This document shows, piece after piece, positions 46,055 to 54,761 of a stretch of DNA of 64,000 nt. The position numbers and the translations under genes are program-made. The notes under the pieces are model-generated. The model was not told where the DNA came from and did no database searches. It was given only the letters and a program-made list of their open reading frames with translations. The stretch's first letter is position 1; each line of letters opens with the position of its first letter. The DNA is from a virus (Duplodnaviria > Heunggongvirae > Uroviricota > Caudoviricetes): positions 17,520 to 81,519 of the IMG/VR virus record IMGVR_UViG_3300033121_001080. The stretch is one strand, 5' to 3'.

Positions 46055-46130
46055 TTTTCAGAATACGCACTCATATTTTTAAGACCGCTGCGCTGACCGG
46101 TTGCGCCACGGGACCATGTACTAAACGTAA
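46055..46130 (-). pseudogene. tRNA 5'-half remnant (Leu-UAA-like loop CTTAAAA)
   Basis: GGTCCCG-TG-GCGC-AACCGGTCA-GCGC-A-GCGGT-CTTAAAA with no matching 3' stem or T-arm. Confidence 0.3.
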
Positions 46131-46152
46131 TACATCTCTATTTCTTTGTCAA
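46124..46152 (-). promoter_or_regulatory. sigma70-like promoter (minus strand) TTGACA-N17-TACGTT
   Basis: Reverse complement reads TTGACAaagaaatagagatgtatTACGTT. Confidence 0.4.
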
Positions 46153-46284
46153 GAGGCTACGGTTCCTCATGAGTTTGTTCTAATTCTACCACTAATTTAA
46201 TTAGTTTAACGAACCAATAGATAAATAGTATACCTACTGCAATTCCTAATCCGAGTAGTGAAAATATAATATTAGTAAGCATAT

Positions 46285-46647
46285 TTACCTTAATTTATCT
46301 ATAATATAATGTCGTAATCTGTGACAATTACTACATCTCAATTGGCATTTATCCAATTCCTTTTGAATTTCTGCCCATCTATATATAGCTTTTCCGCTAA
46401 TTTTAAAGCTTTTTTGGGTGGGGTCTGTGTGGTCGAAGTCAAAGACGACTGGCGGGTATTCTTTTTCGCAGTCAACACATTTACCACCCAAATAATCTAC
46501 AGCTTTCTTTTTTACTTCTGCTGCCCGAGTCCGTTTAATACAAATATCACACTTTACTCGTTGATCTTTATATTTTGGATTTGGAACATATTCAGCACCA
46601 CAGTCACAGTTATATTTAATTGTCATGAAGTTCTCACTGTAGTTCAT
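46285..46647 (-). CDS. HNH endonuclease (small)
   Basis: 120 aa. CDCGAEY, CDIC, GGKCVDC...DFDHTDPTQK...CSNCH. Confidence 0.75.
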   Translation of the reverse strand: MNYSENFMTIKYNCDCGAEYVPNPKYKDQRVKCDICIKRTRAAEVKKKAVDYLGGKCVDCEKEYPPVVFDFDHTDPTQKSFKISGKAIYRWAEIQKELDKCQLRCSNCHRLRHYIIDKLR

Positions 46648-46658
46648 GACTATAAATA

Positions 46659-46958
46659 TTAGCTAACTTCTACAACATCTCCAATTTCGTCTTGAATGCT
46701 GCTTAATTTCTTAAGATCAGATTCCTGTAAATCTCCGTACCACAACTTTCCATGTTTCTTTGTAGAAACAAGAACGTTCGGAAATGTTTTCTTTGTGACC
46801 GGATAAATTATCCTACCAACCGGTCCAAAATGGGTTACGCACACATTAAAAGCAGTTTCGATATCTTCTTCAAATGTTGTGCCGAGTACATCAATTACTT
46901 GCGGTTGCTTCTGTTCCTTCGGTTCCATTATTATCCTCATATTGGTTAGCATACTCAA
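46659..46958 (-). CDS. hypothetical protein
   Basis: 99 aa. Confidence 0.45.
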   Translation of the reverse strand: MSMLTNMRIIMEPKEQKQPQVIDVLGTTFEEDIETAFNVCVTHFGPVGRIIYPVTKKTFPNVLVSTKKHGKLWYGDLQESDLKKLSSIQDEIGDVVEVS

Positions 46959-47310
46959 TGAATACTTCTTTACTTAAACACGGCCATCCATCATACGACT
47001 TCCTGCGGATTCCATACTTGCCAGTGATCATACAAGTTTGAGCGGAATCTTTTGCTACTGCACTACAAATCCATTTAGCAATACGACCGTCAAGTTCGTC
47101 TTTTGCTTGATTTTTTAAATGGATTCTTAATACTCCCTTATTATACGTCAATCTATCTATATAGTAGCTAGTTGATGACAACGCCATAGCTGCATCTGTT
47201 AATAACGACATCCACCCTTTAGGAAACGTTGCTAAAAACTTCTCGTCAGTAGTATCAGTATATTCGATATCCATCTTTTTCGCAGCTTCTACAATTTCGT
47301 AATAGTTCAT
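46891..47310 (-). CDS. hypothetical protein
   Basis: 139 aa. Overlaps its neighbour, so the start is uncertain. Confidence 0.45.
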   Translation of the reverse strand: MNYYEIVEAAKKMDIEYTDTTDEKFLATFPKGWMSLLTDAAMALSSTSYYIDRLTYNKGVLRIHLKNQAKDELDGRIAKWICSAVAKDSAQTCMITGKYGIRRKSYDGWPCLSKEVFIEYANQYEDNNGTEGTEATASN

Positions 47311-47571
47311 ACAACTTCCTTGGGGAAAATAAACAGGTTTATTAAGAATAGCTAATCAAGAATCAAAATATAGTCTATAGCCTCTTGCCGAAGCATTGCT
47401 CCCTTTTATGAATCAATAACTCTCAGAGTATCTATTTTATAGGGAGTATTAGAAAGAGGTTACATTGGCTTAGTTGAATGTAATAATCCGTGATTATCTT
47501 ATCGAAGAATGTATAAAAGATCAGCGATGTTCTGCGTATCAGTTATATAGACTTCTATCCCCTTGGAATGC

Positions 47572-48180
47572 TTATACGAGATTATATTTCTTCAAAATCT
47601 CTTCCAACTCGTCAGTGATCGCCAACTCAACAACTGAGTTGAGACGTTCAACTTCGTCGTGTAACTCGACAGAAGTCTTTTCAAGGGCATTAACCTGAGA
47701 CTTGATCGTCTCTAGATCGCTATCTGTAAGAAAATGATACGTCTGCACTTCTGCAGTATTTGCCGCTAAGGTGGCAAGACGATCTTTTGCAGCCGAAGTC
47801 TTGGTAACAACCAACTCGTCAGCTTCGCGTGGAAGTGCAGTTGCTACGCCACGAAGCATATTTAATTCTGCGTCAACAGAATTGATACGAGTAAGAAGTT
47901 CGGAGATTCCGCTGGAGTGATTCGCAGCGTTGATTGCTAAACGCAATCCTAGGTATGCGCCACTTAGCTCTGCCCACTCTTTAGTGGAGGCCAAGTACTT
48001 TTCTCGCGCCGTGTCGAGAACAGCGATTGGAGAAGCATCATACACACTAACATTGGCTGTGTAGGTGCCGTCTACACCGTAACGATAGCTACCGCCGCCG
48101 ATCTTGTTCTGCGCCTCGGTTAGCTTGACAAGTACCTTGCTGCGAAGCTTTGTAGCTTTACGTAATGTAACCTTTAACAT
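47572..48180 (-). CDS. coiled-coil protein (GC-richer)
   Basis: 202 aa. Heptad-rich, Ala/Leu/Glu-rich. No enzymatic motif. Confidence 0.5.
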   Translation of the reverse strand: MLKVTLRKATKLRSKVLVKLTEAQNKIGGGSYRYGVDGTYTANVSVYDASPIAVLDTAREKYLASTKEWAELSGAYLGLRLAINAANHSSGISELLTRINSVDAELNMLRGVATALPREADELVVTKTSAAKDRLATLAANTAEVQTYHFLTDSDLETIKSQVNALEKTSVELHDEVERLNSVVELAITDELEEILKKYNLV

Positions 48181-48334
48181 ATTTTATCCGTTCAGTTGAG
48201 TTTTTGAAAGTTTTCGTTCTTCTTGTACAATTAAATACGATAGAATAACATGTATTGCGGCTGCTCTACATTCAGCATTACCAATCTTAGTACTAGCAAT
48301 TGAATCGGCTCTTACAGTCAATTCAATAAGTCTT

Positions 48335-48568
48335 TCATCTGTTAGCATCGTAAAACCTTTTCATTTTATAAATGTCAATAAGTAGTATTATAAAAGCTCC
48401 CGTTGGATATGCCCACCACGGAAAATCCAGAAATCTAATAATAAGCGCAGTCACCAATGATCCAGCAAATAAACCACATGATATTGCATACTGTCGATTT
48501 ACCTTGGTTTCTTTGTCTTGATACGCGAACAGTTCTTTAATAATCTGAACTTCTCTAGATTCTGACAT
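48335..48568 (-). CDS. small membrane protein
   Basis: 77 aa from MSESREV... with two TM helices. The longer frame overlaps tRNA-Leu(TAA). Confidence 0.4.
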   Translation of the reverse strand: MSESREVQIIKELFAYQDKETKVNRQYAISCGLFAGSLVTALIIRFLDFPWWAYPTGAFIILLIDIYKMKRFYDANR

Positions 48569-48589
48569 TATATCAACCCTTTCTATCAG

Positions 48590-48675
48590 TGCCCGCAGAG
48601 GGAATCGAACCCCCACGATATGTTTCAATCGTCAGATCTTAAGTCTGATGCGTCTGCCTATTCCGCCATGCGGGC
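48590..48675 (-). tRNA. tRNA-Leu (anticodon TAA)
   Basis: Perfect acceptor GCCCGCA/TGCGGGC. Anticodon stem TCAGA/TCTGA, loop CTTAAGA. Long variable hairpin. T-arm GGGGG-TTCGATT-CCCTC. Confidence 0.8.
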
Positions 48676-48715
48676 ATTTGGAGTGGGAACTCTCTCCCAT
48701 ATTTCCCACTCCACA

Positions 48716-48744
48716 AAGCTAACTACTTCCTACCGTTCTGTCAA
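48716..48744 (-). promoter_or_regulatory. sigma70-like promoter (minus strand) TTGACA-N17-TAGCTT
   Basis: Reverse complement reads TTGACAgaacggtaggaagtagtTAGCTT. Sits upstream of tRNA-Leu(TAA). Confidence 0.45.
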
Positions 48745-48748
48745 GTGC

Positions 48749-49645
48749 TTACTTGTTACCAGTTACCTGACCCAAGTTCATCAACATTGGAAAGTTCTGA
48801 CCAGCAAATACCTGTGGGTATGTTCCATTCCACTTGTCGATTTGAGCGCGTTGAAGTTCAAGTTTCTTCCACTCGATAAGCTGTGGGGTAATAGATGCCA
48901 TCATAAGTCTATTGGCTTCTGCTTCACCCTTGGCTCTAGCAATTCGGGAATTAGCGTCACCCGTAGCTGTAGCAACTTGCTTGGATGCTTCTGCGGTTGC
49001 TGTACGAAGTTCGTTTTCAACCTGAATAGCCTGTTGAGTTGCCTGAATCTTGGCATTAATAGCCTGAACAACGTTCTGTGGTAATCTAATAGCTCCAACG
49101 AAACCTAGCTGAGACAATTCAACGCCGACTGTGTCTAGCTTGTTGTTAATTCTATCTCTAACTCTGTTAAGGAATTCCTCTTTCTTGACACCATAGATAG
49201 AATCTACCGAATATGTGGCACCGATTTCATTGAACGCATCTCGCGCAACGTTTCTCATGTATCCGTGAGTAAACAAACTTAAATCATCATTGCGGAACGT
49301 GTTGTAGAACGACGGCACTTTCTTTGGATTTAGAGAATATGACAAGGAAATATCTCCTGTAATTGTCATGCCTTCTCTACTGTTGAAAGTCATTTCCTCA
49401 TTCTTTTCAGAACCCTCGTCCTTTGAAGCTGTCCATACAGCGGTCTGGACGTATGTAGGATACTCGAAAATCTTGGTGGACCACGGAGCATACCACACCA
49501 TACCAGTCGTTACTGCGTTAGAATCAATACCCCTGTTCGAACCATAGAGATTGACCTTAATACCTACGTTACCGGGACTAATTGTGGTACATGCTGCTGC
49601 GAATAATACTAGTGCTGCTAGTGAAATGCTACGTAACCGATTCAT
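48749..49645 (-). CDS. SPFH/prohibitin (band-7) domain lipoprotein
   Basis: 298 aa. Signal plus lipobox LFAAAC. SPFH core ...LSQLGFVGAIRLPQNVVQAINAKIQATQQAIQVENELRTATAEA...RIARAKGEAEANRLM. Confidence 0.7.
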   Translation of the reverse strand: MNRLRSISLAALVLFAAACTTISPGNVGIKVNLYGSNRGIDSNAVTTGMVWYAPWSTKIFEYPTYVQTAVWTASKDEGSEKNEEMTFNSREGMTITGDISLSYSLNPKKVPSFYNTFRNDDLSLFTHGYMRNVARDAFNEIGATYSVDSIYGVKKEEFLNRVRDRINNKLDTVGVELSQLGFVGAIRLPQNVVQAINAKIQATQQAIQVENELRTATAEASKQVATATGDANSRIARAKGEAEANRLMMASITPQLIEWKKLELQRAQIDKWNGTYPQVFAGQNFPMLMNLGQVTGNK

Positions 49646-49675
49646 TTTGTTCGTTCTCTTTCTGAGAGTTGAATG

Positions 49676-49888
49676 TTATTTGTCTAACACATGCCGATAG
49701 ACATGTGATCCTGCGAATGCAAGTGTAAAGAGACAAATCAATACACCTACAAGACCAAGTACTACTTGTACATTTGATGGAGCGGAGATGAATTCCAAAG
49801 ATGTGTTAAACAACCACATCCAGAAAATTCCGAGTAATAGATAAAGCAGAGATATTGCAAATAGACTAAACGTGTTGTTCATTTTCAT
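49676..49888 (-). CDS. small membrane protein (possible SPFH partner)
   Basis: 70 aa with two TM helices, immediately downstream of the SPFH gene. Confidence 0.45.
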   Translation of the reverse strand: MKMNNTFSLFAISLLYLLLGIFWMWLFNTSLEFISAPSNVQVVLGLVGVLICLFTLAFAGSHVYRHVLDK

Positions 49889-50048
49889 TTGTACTTGTAC
49901 TTTCTGTTGAAGTTATAATTTCACCATCGATGTAATCAAGAATTTCTTGTTTGGTGTTTTCGATCTTTTCTGATAGATAAGAAACACCCGCCATAATAGC
50001 GAACAACAAGACAAAATCCATCATAAATCAACCTTTCTTTAGTGTGAG

Positions 50049-50122
50049 TGCCATCGGAGGGACTCGAACCCCCAACCATTCGGGTAGAAACCGAAAGCTC
50101 TGTCCAGTTGAGCTACGAAGGC
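50049..50122 (-). tRNA. tRNA-Arg (anticodon TCT)
   Basis: Acceptor GCCTTCG/CGATGGC (one mismatch). Anticodon stem TTCGG/CCGAA, loop TTTCTAC. T-arm GGGGG-TTCGAGT-CCCTC. Confidence 0.75.
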
Positions 50123-50137
50123 AAATTGCTAATAACC

Positions 50138-50377
50138 TCATTCTTTAGAATCAAAAATAACGAACTTATGTTCTGTAGCTTCTCCAGCTTCATTATGAAC
50201 TACACCGACCAAATCTGTGGAGTCTTTAGTAGCAACCCAGATGATATGACCACGTTCCTCAATAGCCATGGTTTCACATTTAAGCTGTAGAGTTGGTAGA
50301 TTGAAATTGGTACCAACTAGTCTAGAATCAGACGAATTAATACTAGGAAATAATACAGCTATATACATGAAATACAT
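50138..50377 (-). CDS. hypothetical protein
   Basis: 79 aa. Confidence 0.4.
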   Translation of the reverse strand: MYFMYIAVLFPSINSSDSRLVGTNFNLPTLQLKCETMAIEERGHIIWVATKDSTDLVGVVHNEAGEATEHKFVIFDSKE

Positions 50378-50404
50378 AAAACCTCTTTGGTTACTGACCC
50401 TACA

Positions 50405-50433
50405 ACAGTAACATCATGTATTCATTCTGTCAA
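50405..50433 (-). promoter_or_regulatory. sigma70-like promoter (minus strand) TTGACA-N17-TACTGT
   Basis: Reverse complement reads TTGACAgaatgaatacatgatgtTACTGT. Confidence 0.35.
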
Positions 50434-50460
50434 GTGGTCAATAATATAAATATCACATAT

Positions 50461-51165
50461 CTAATTTTTAGTAGATTTTATTTTAACTAATGGTGCTTCT
50501 GGTGATTTTATATGTTTTCTAGCTTCCGACTTTGATGTATATATAACTGGACGAGTTTCAAAATAATTATCTGATAATATTAATTTTCTAAAATCATGTT
50601 CTTTAGCTATTCGTTTTTTATGATCGTTATATATTGTACTATCGGTTTGTTGAGGCTCGTCTGAAGATTCTAAATGTATATGTTTTTTTATTGCAGCGTT
50701 CCATCGTTTACGTGGCATTCCAATTGGGCGTTCTTTTACAAAATTGCCTTTTCTATCATATATATCTAAAATTAATTGCATTAATTCTTCATCGGTATAT
50801 TTTCTTATTTCTATTTTTGGTTGTTCAGATGGAGTTGTAATAGGAATATTAACTATTGGTTTTATATCATGCTCTTTCATATGACACAATTCACATAATG
50901 TAGTTAAATCTTCGTCTCGTTCACACCATACATTTTTGTATGTTTTATGATGAACTTGTAAATTACTTAATGCATCACATTTAGTACACTTAGTACCATC
51001 CAACTGCAAGGCTACTACTCTTCGATGCGCCCACCAGTCTGTAGTTAGATAAAATGCGTGAGCATCTTTATTTCTATTTTTATTATTCTTCTTTTGTTTA
51101 ATAGAATAATATTTGTTAATATCGTGGATATATTGTTTAACAAATGTTAAATTAATTGGATTCAT
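50461..51165 (-). CDS. HNH endonuclease
   Basis: 234 aa. CTKCDALSNLQVHHKTYKNVWCERDEDLTTLCELCH. Confidence 0.7.
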   Translation of the reverse strand: MNPINLTFVKQYIHDINKYYSIKQKKNNKNRNKDAHAFYLTTDWWAHRRVVALQLDGTKCTKCDALSNLQVHHKTYKNVWCERDEDLTTLCELCHMKEHDIKPIVNIPITTPSEQPKIEIRKYTDEELMQLILDIYDRKGNFVKERPIGMPRKRWNAAIKKHIHLESSDEPQQTDSTIYNDHKKRIAKEHDFRKLILSDNYFETRPVIYTSKSEARKHIKSPEAPLVKIKSTKN

Positions 51166-51231
51166 ATAAATTGAGGAAAGATAGTCCGTACAACATAAAA
51201 CACTATATACTATATACTATAATAAAAGAAT

Positions 51232-51702
51232 TTAGATTGTAGAAAGTGCTTCTTTTATGTTGTACGGTGTATCTATCCAACATGTTTCATCTAAAGAAGC
51301 TACAACCATTATCATAGTATTAAACACCTTGCAAATTTTTGGAGTTTCTATTTTAATAGAAACTATGTCTTTATTTTGATATTCTGAGGTTATTTTATAT
51401 TTAGCAGATCGCCCAGAATTATTTTTTGTTTTCGTTTGATAACTTTTTTTACCAAAAGAATTAATTTGAAATTCAATAATTCCCATTTTTACTAAAGACT
51501 TTAGATACCAATCTAATCTACCATAACAAGATCGTAGTACATTAATGTTTAGTGTTGTCCACTGATATCCATTTCTGTGAGATCTAATGAGATAATTAAT
51601 AATCAAATGATAATATTCTTCTGAATACCCATCAGGAATATTATCAAATTTTGGAAAAGAAAGATCTTTAATTGTGTAAAATTCAACTTCTTTCATGAAC
51701 AT
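51232..51702 (-). CDS. hypothetical protein
   Basis: 156 aa. Confidence 0.45.
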   Translation of the reverse strand: MFMKEVEFYTIKDLSFPKFDNIPDGYSEEYYHLIINYLIRSHRNGYQWTTLNINVLRSCYGRLDWYLKSLVKMGIIEFQINSFGKKSYQTKTKNNSGRSAKYKITSEYQNKDIVSIKIETPKICKVFNTMIMVVASLDETCWIDTPYNIKEALSTI

Positions 51703-52066
51703 GTATTTCCGTAATTAATCTGTAAGTAATATTATTCTTAATTAAGACCGAGATCATATCTTTTGTACCCACAGACTTTTCAATATTATTATGAAAAGCT
51801 AGAGCTTCTGATATATCAGGATTCTCAGTCACCATCTGTCTATTTCTAATCGGACCAGCACCTTTACGATATCTGACCCAATCAGCCGGATACGGCTTAA
51901 TTGTCATACCCAACTCGTCACCAATCAGAGCAGCCATTTTGTCCGCTCCGCGACAATCGCCGTGAATTAAAATAATTTCTTTGGGATTTTCTAGGCTTGA
52001 CAGCACATCAGCCATAACCTCAACATTATTCCATTCTCGGTCGCCAGTGATCAGTATTTTTCTCAT
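51683..52066 (-). CDS. SLOG-superfamily DUF2493-like protein
   Basis: KILITGDREWNN...IILIHGDCRGADKMAALIGDELGMTIKPYPADWVRYRKGAGPIRNRQMV matches the DUF2493/YspA-type SLOG core. The start is placed at the internal Met because a TTGACA-N17-TATACT promoter (52073-52101) lies inside the longer frame. Confidence 0.7.
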   Translation of the reverse strand: MRKILITGDREWNNVEVMADVLSSLENPKEIILIHGDCRGADKMAALIGDELGMTIKPYPADWVRYRKGAGPIRNRQMVTENPDISEALAFHNNIEKSVGTKDMISVLIKNNITYRLITEIHVHERS

Positions 52067-52097
52067 ACAGGTAAGTATAACACTACTTTTGAATCTG

Positions 52098-53774
52098 TCA
52101 AGAGATGGATTTAAGCTCGACAAAAACTCGCGGATTATCAGGGGCAGCTAATAATATTGTAGAAAGTAATTCTGTTAATTCAGCTTCAGTTGCAAACGAA
52201 TCATCAAATTTATATGACATGTCATAAACTATAAAATACTCACCGGTAGTTGGATCTTGCCAGAATGAATTAATCGTAGGTGCCTCGATATCAGCATTTT
52301 TGTTCAATGTGCTTATATCAGCATCCATTTCGTCCTGTGTAACTGGAAAATTTTGTGTAAATGTAAATTGCCACTTCTGTTTTTGTTGACTTAACGCCGT
52401 ATCAAAATATCCGTACTTTGCATAGAAGTAATCTACAGGAATTGTAGTTAAATGCTGTATAGGTGGAAATATACGAACATTTGTAATCTTGTTTAATAGT
52501 TCCATGGACGCCAATGATCTACCAGTATATACTGATTTTATTATTTCTGACGGCAATTCCAATCCTTCGATCAAGGATTTAATGACATTTAACTGCAACC
52601 CAACTGATGATAGTATTTCGATGTAATTGGCCACTCCAACATCATGTGTTGTTTGTGTTGCTGTAGTTAATATATTATTAGTTTTGGCTCCGGTCACAAC
52701 TTGTGGAGAATAGATTCCATCTAAGTGACCTTCTACTATATGCTTATTTGGGCCGGAATATCCAGATGCTATTTGAAAATATGATATTCCCAACGGAAAT
52801 GCTATATTAATGTAATAATATTCCGTTTCTGTAGATCCCAAAGTATAACTTCCCGGTGGCTTTCGTCCCGGTGGCAACTTATACCGGAACCCATCCGATG
52901 TTATAACTGCGTTTGGGTATAATGCTTGTAGCGTCGTTTGGGGTATAATTTCAATTGGACCGAGTTCTTGTGTCGTCAATTGACCGTTAACATATTTTTC
53001 ATATACAGATTCCATTACTATAGAATTGAGTGGAATCTTGCCGGTTAATGTGATAATATCCGGAATTCTTGCATCTTCAGCTACAATAGAATTATTTATT
53101 TGATTCGTATACCATTTCGTTGTATCAGTAATGCCGCTTAAGTCTGCTCCGTCTACATACTTGGAATATTTCGATAACATCGTACTACTGAATATATCCA
53201 ATCCCGGTAAACTGATTCCAGAACCTCCCGGTATTTTGTCCACCACGTTCGAAAGAGTCTTCAAACTGACTGCAAGAGCCGCCAGCCCCGCTAGGAGTGG
53301 CATCGTTTGGCCCAAGATGCGGGCTTCCTGCATCGCTACAATCTGAGAGGCGTAAGAACCCACCGCCGTCTTTGCGGCGTCTGCTACTGGCAATCCGCCC
53401 AACAAGATAGATTCCACCGGAATGACCGGTGACAATTTAGTTGGATCAATTGTCGGAATACTTACTACCGCCGAACCTACTGCACCATTTATAGTTGCCG
53501 ATGGATCTGGTAAATCTATAGATGGTAGTTGAAATCCGGGGTCAGCCTTATTAATTTCTGTTTCAACTTCATTTATTGTTGAAGTTGGAATTTCAGGCAC
53601 ATCAACTAAATTAGTTTTGGGAATAACTTCGTGTGGAGACAACGGCATTATATTTGCCGGTGCCGGGGAGATTGATACTATATTAGTACCATAAACCTGA
53701 ACCGACTCATTTGGAATCAGTTCAGGTAATTTGGTTTTCAACTTATCTTTGTCGCTGTCCTTATAAATACCCAT
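52098..53774 (-). CDS. large hypothetical protein (558 aa), possible virion/ejected protein
   Basis: Pro/Thr/Ser-rich N-terminal third, an Ala-rich hydrophobic segment, no catalytic motif. Confidence 0.5.
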   Translation of the reverse strand: MGIYKDSDKDKLKTKLPELIPNESVQVYGTNIVSISPAPANIMPLSPHEVIPKTNLVDVPEIPTSTINEVETEINKADPGFQLPSIDLPDPSATINGAVGSAVVSIPTIDPTKLSPVIPVESILLGGLPVADAAKTAVGSYASQIVAMQEARILGQTMPLLAGLAALAVSLKTLSNVVDKIPGGSGISLPGLDIFSSTMLSKYSKYVDGADLSGITDTTKWYTNQINNSIVAEDARIPDIITLTGKIPLNSIVMESVYEKYVNGQLTTQELGPIEIIPQTTLQALYPNAVITSDGFRYKLPPGRKPPGSYTLGSTETEYYYINIAFPLGISYFQIASGYSGPNKHIVEGHLDGIYSPQVVTGAKTNNILTTATQTTHDVGVANYIEILSSVGLQLNVIKSLIEGLELPSEIIKSVYTGRSLASMELLNKITNVRIFPPIQHLTTIPVDYFYAKYGYFDTALSQQKQKWQFTFTQNFPVTQDEMDADISTLNKNADIEAPTINSFWQDPTTGEYFIVYDMSYKFDDSFATEAELTELLSTILLAAPDNPRVFVELKSIS

Positions 53775-54235
53775 TACTCAACCCCATCATCATCTTCTTC
53801 ATCATCTAATGGTTCATCATCGCGTGAAATCTGTTCGAAAAATTTTCTCAATGCTTCTAAATCAGCAGCATTAATTCCGGACGATGGATCATTCGAAATC
53901 TTTTCAAATAATTCTTCAATAGTTGCTGCGGTGTGTTTGCCATCTAACGACTTATAAAGAACTCGGCCCTGTGGAAGTCCTCTATTAAATTGCTGCTCTT
54001 TCAAAACATCATTGAACGAAGTTTCCATATGATTCAACTGCATGTTTGTAATGAGTTGTTGTAATAGATAATCTATCTTACCAGTCTTTGAAGCTACTTC
54101 GTCTACTGTCTGCTTTGTTGCTGTGGTGTCGCGTATCACTATAATTGATATGATAAGAGACGCCGCCCACTGTACACAAAATACAATTAAAAATACCAGT
54201 AGAAGTGTATCAGTAGAAATAGAAATGGAACTCAT
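53774..54235 (-). CDS. membrane protein with acidic C-terminus
   Basis: 153 aa. N-terminal TM helix. Poly-Asp/Glu tail. Confidence 0.5.
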   Translation of the reverse strand: MSSISISTDTLLLVFLIVFCVQWAASLIISIIVIRDTTATKQTVDEVASKTGKIDYLLQQLITNMQLNHMETSFNDVLKEQQFNRGLPQGRVLYKSLDGKHTAATIEELFEKISNDPSSGINAADLEALRKFFEQISRDDEPLDDEEDDDGVE

Positions 54236-54244
54236 ATGACCTCT

Positions 54245-54436
54245 TTAATTTGGATTGAAATTTTTGATGAAGTAATGACTTAATAAAAAGATGCTGCTTC
54301 CTAAATAGTATGCTATTACCATAAGTAATAGGTTTGAATTGAAAAGCGCAGCAGATGATAATATAACTGCCCAGTCTGCAGACCACGAATACGTAACTTC
54401 TAACGCTTTATCAACGTTCAATCCTAAAATAGCCAT
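54245..54436 (-). CDS. small membrane protein
   Basis: 63 aa with two TM segments. Confidence 0.4.
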   Translation of the reverse strand: MAILGLNVDKALEVTYSWSADWAVILSSAALFNSNLLLMVIAYYLGSSIFLLSHYFIKNFNPN

Positions 54437-54440
54437 GATA

Positions 54441-54728
54441 TTATCCTTCTTTGTGTTTTAAATGTTCTTCAACAAGAGCATAATATCTTTCTTTCCATTC
54501 GTTAAGATTTTTCTCTAACTCAACGACTTTATTTTCTAAGAATTCTATGCGATCTTGCAGTGACTCATTTAACTCTTTCATATCAGACAATACATTATCA
54601 GATTCTTTGTATTGTTTTGTATTTTGACGAAGAGATTTATCTAACCACTTTACAATGATACCACCAACTGCTGCGACAACCAATCCAATTATAGATGTTT
54701 GTTCATTTAAAAGGTCTGTCATAGTCAT
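54441..54728 (-). CDS. membrane-anchored coiled-coil protein
   Basis: 95 aa. N-terminal TM helix followed by a coiled-coil. Confidence 0.45.
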   Translation of the reverse strand: MTMTDLLNEQTSIIGLVVAAVGGIIVKWLDKSLRQNTKQYKESDNVLSDMKELNESLQDRIEFLENKVVELEKNLNEWKERYYALVEEHLKHKEG

Positions 54729-54761
54729 AAAATTTCCATATGGAATGGCTATACAACCCTT

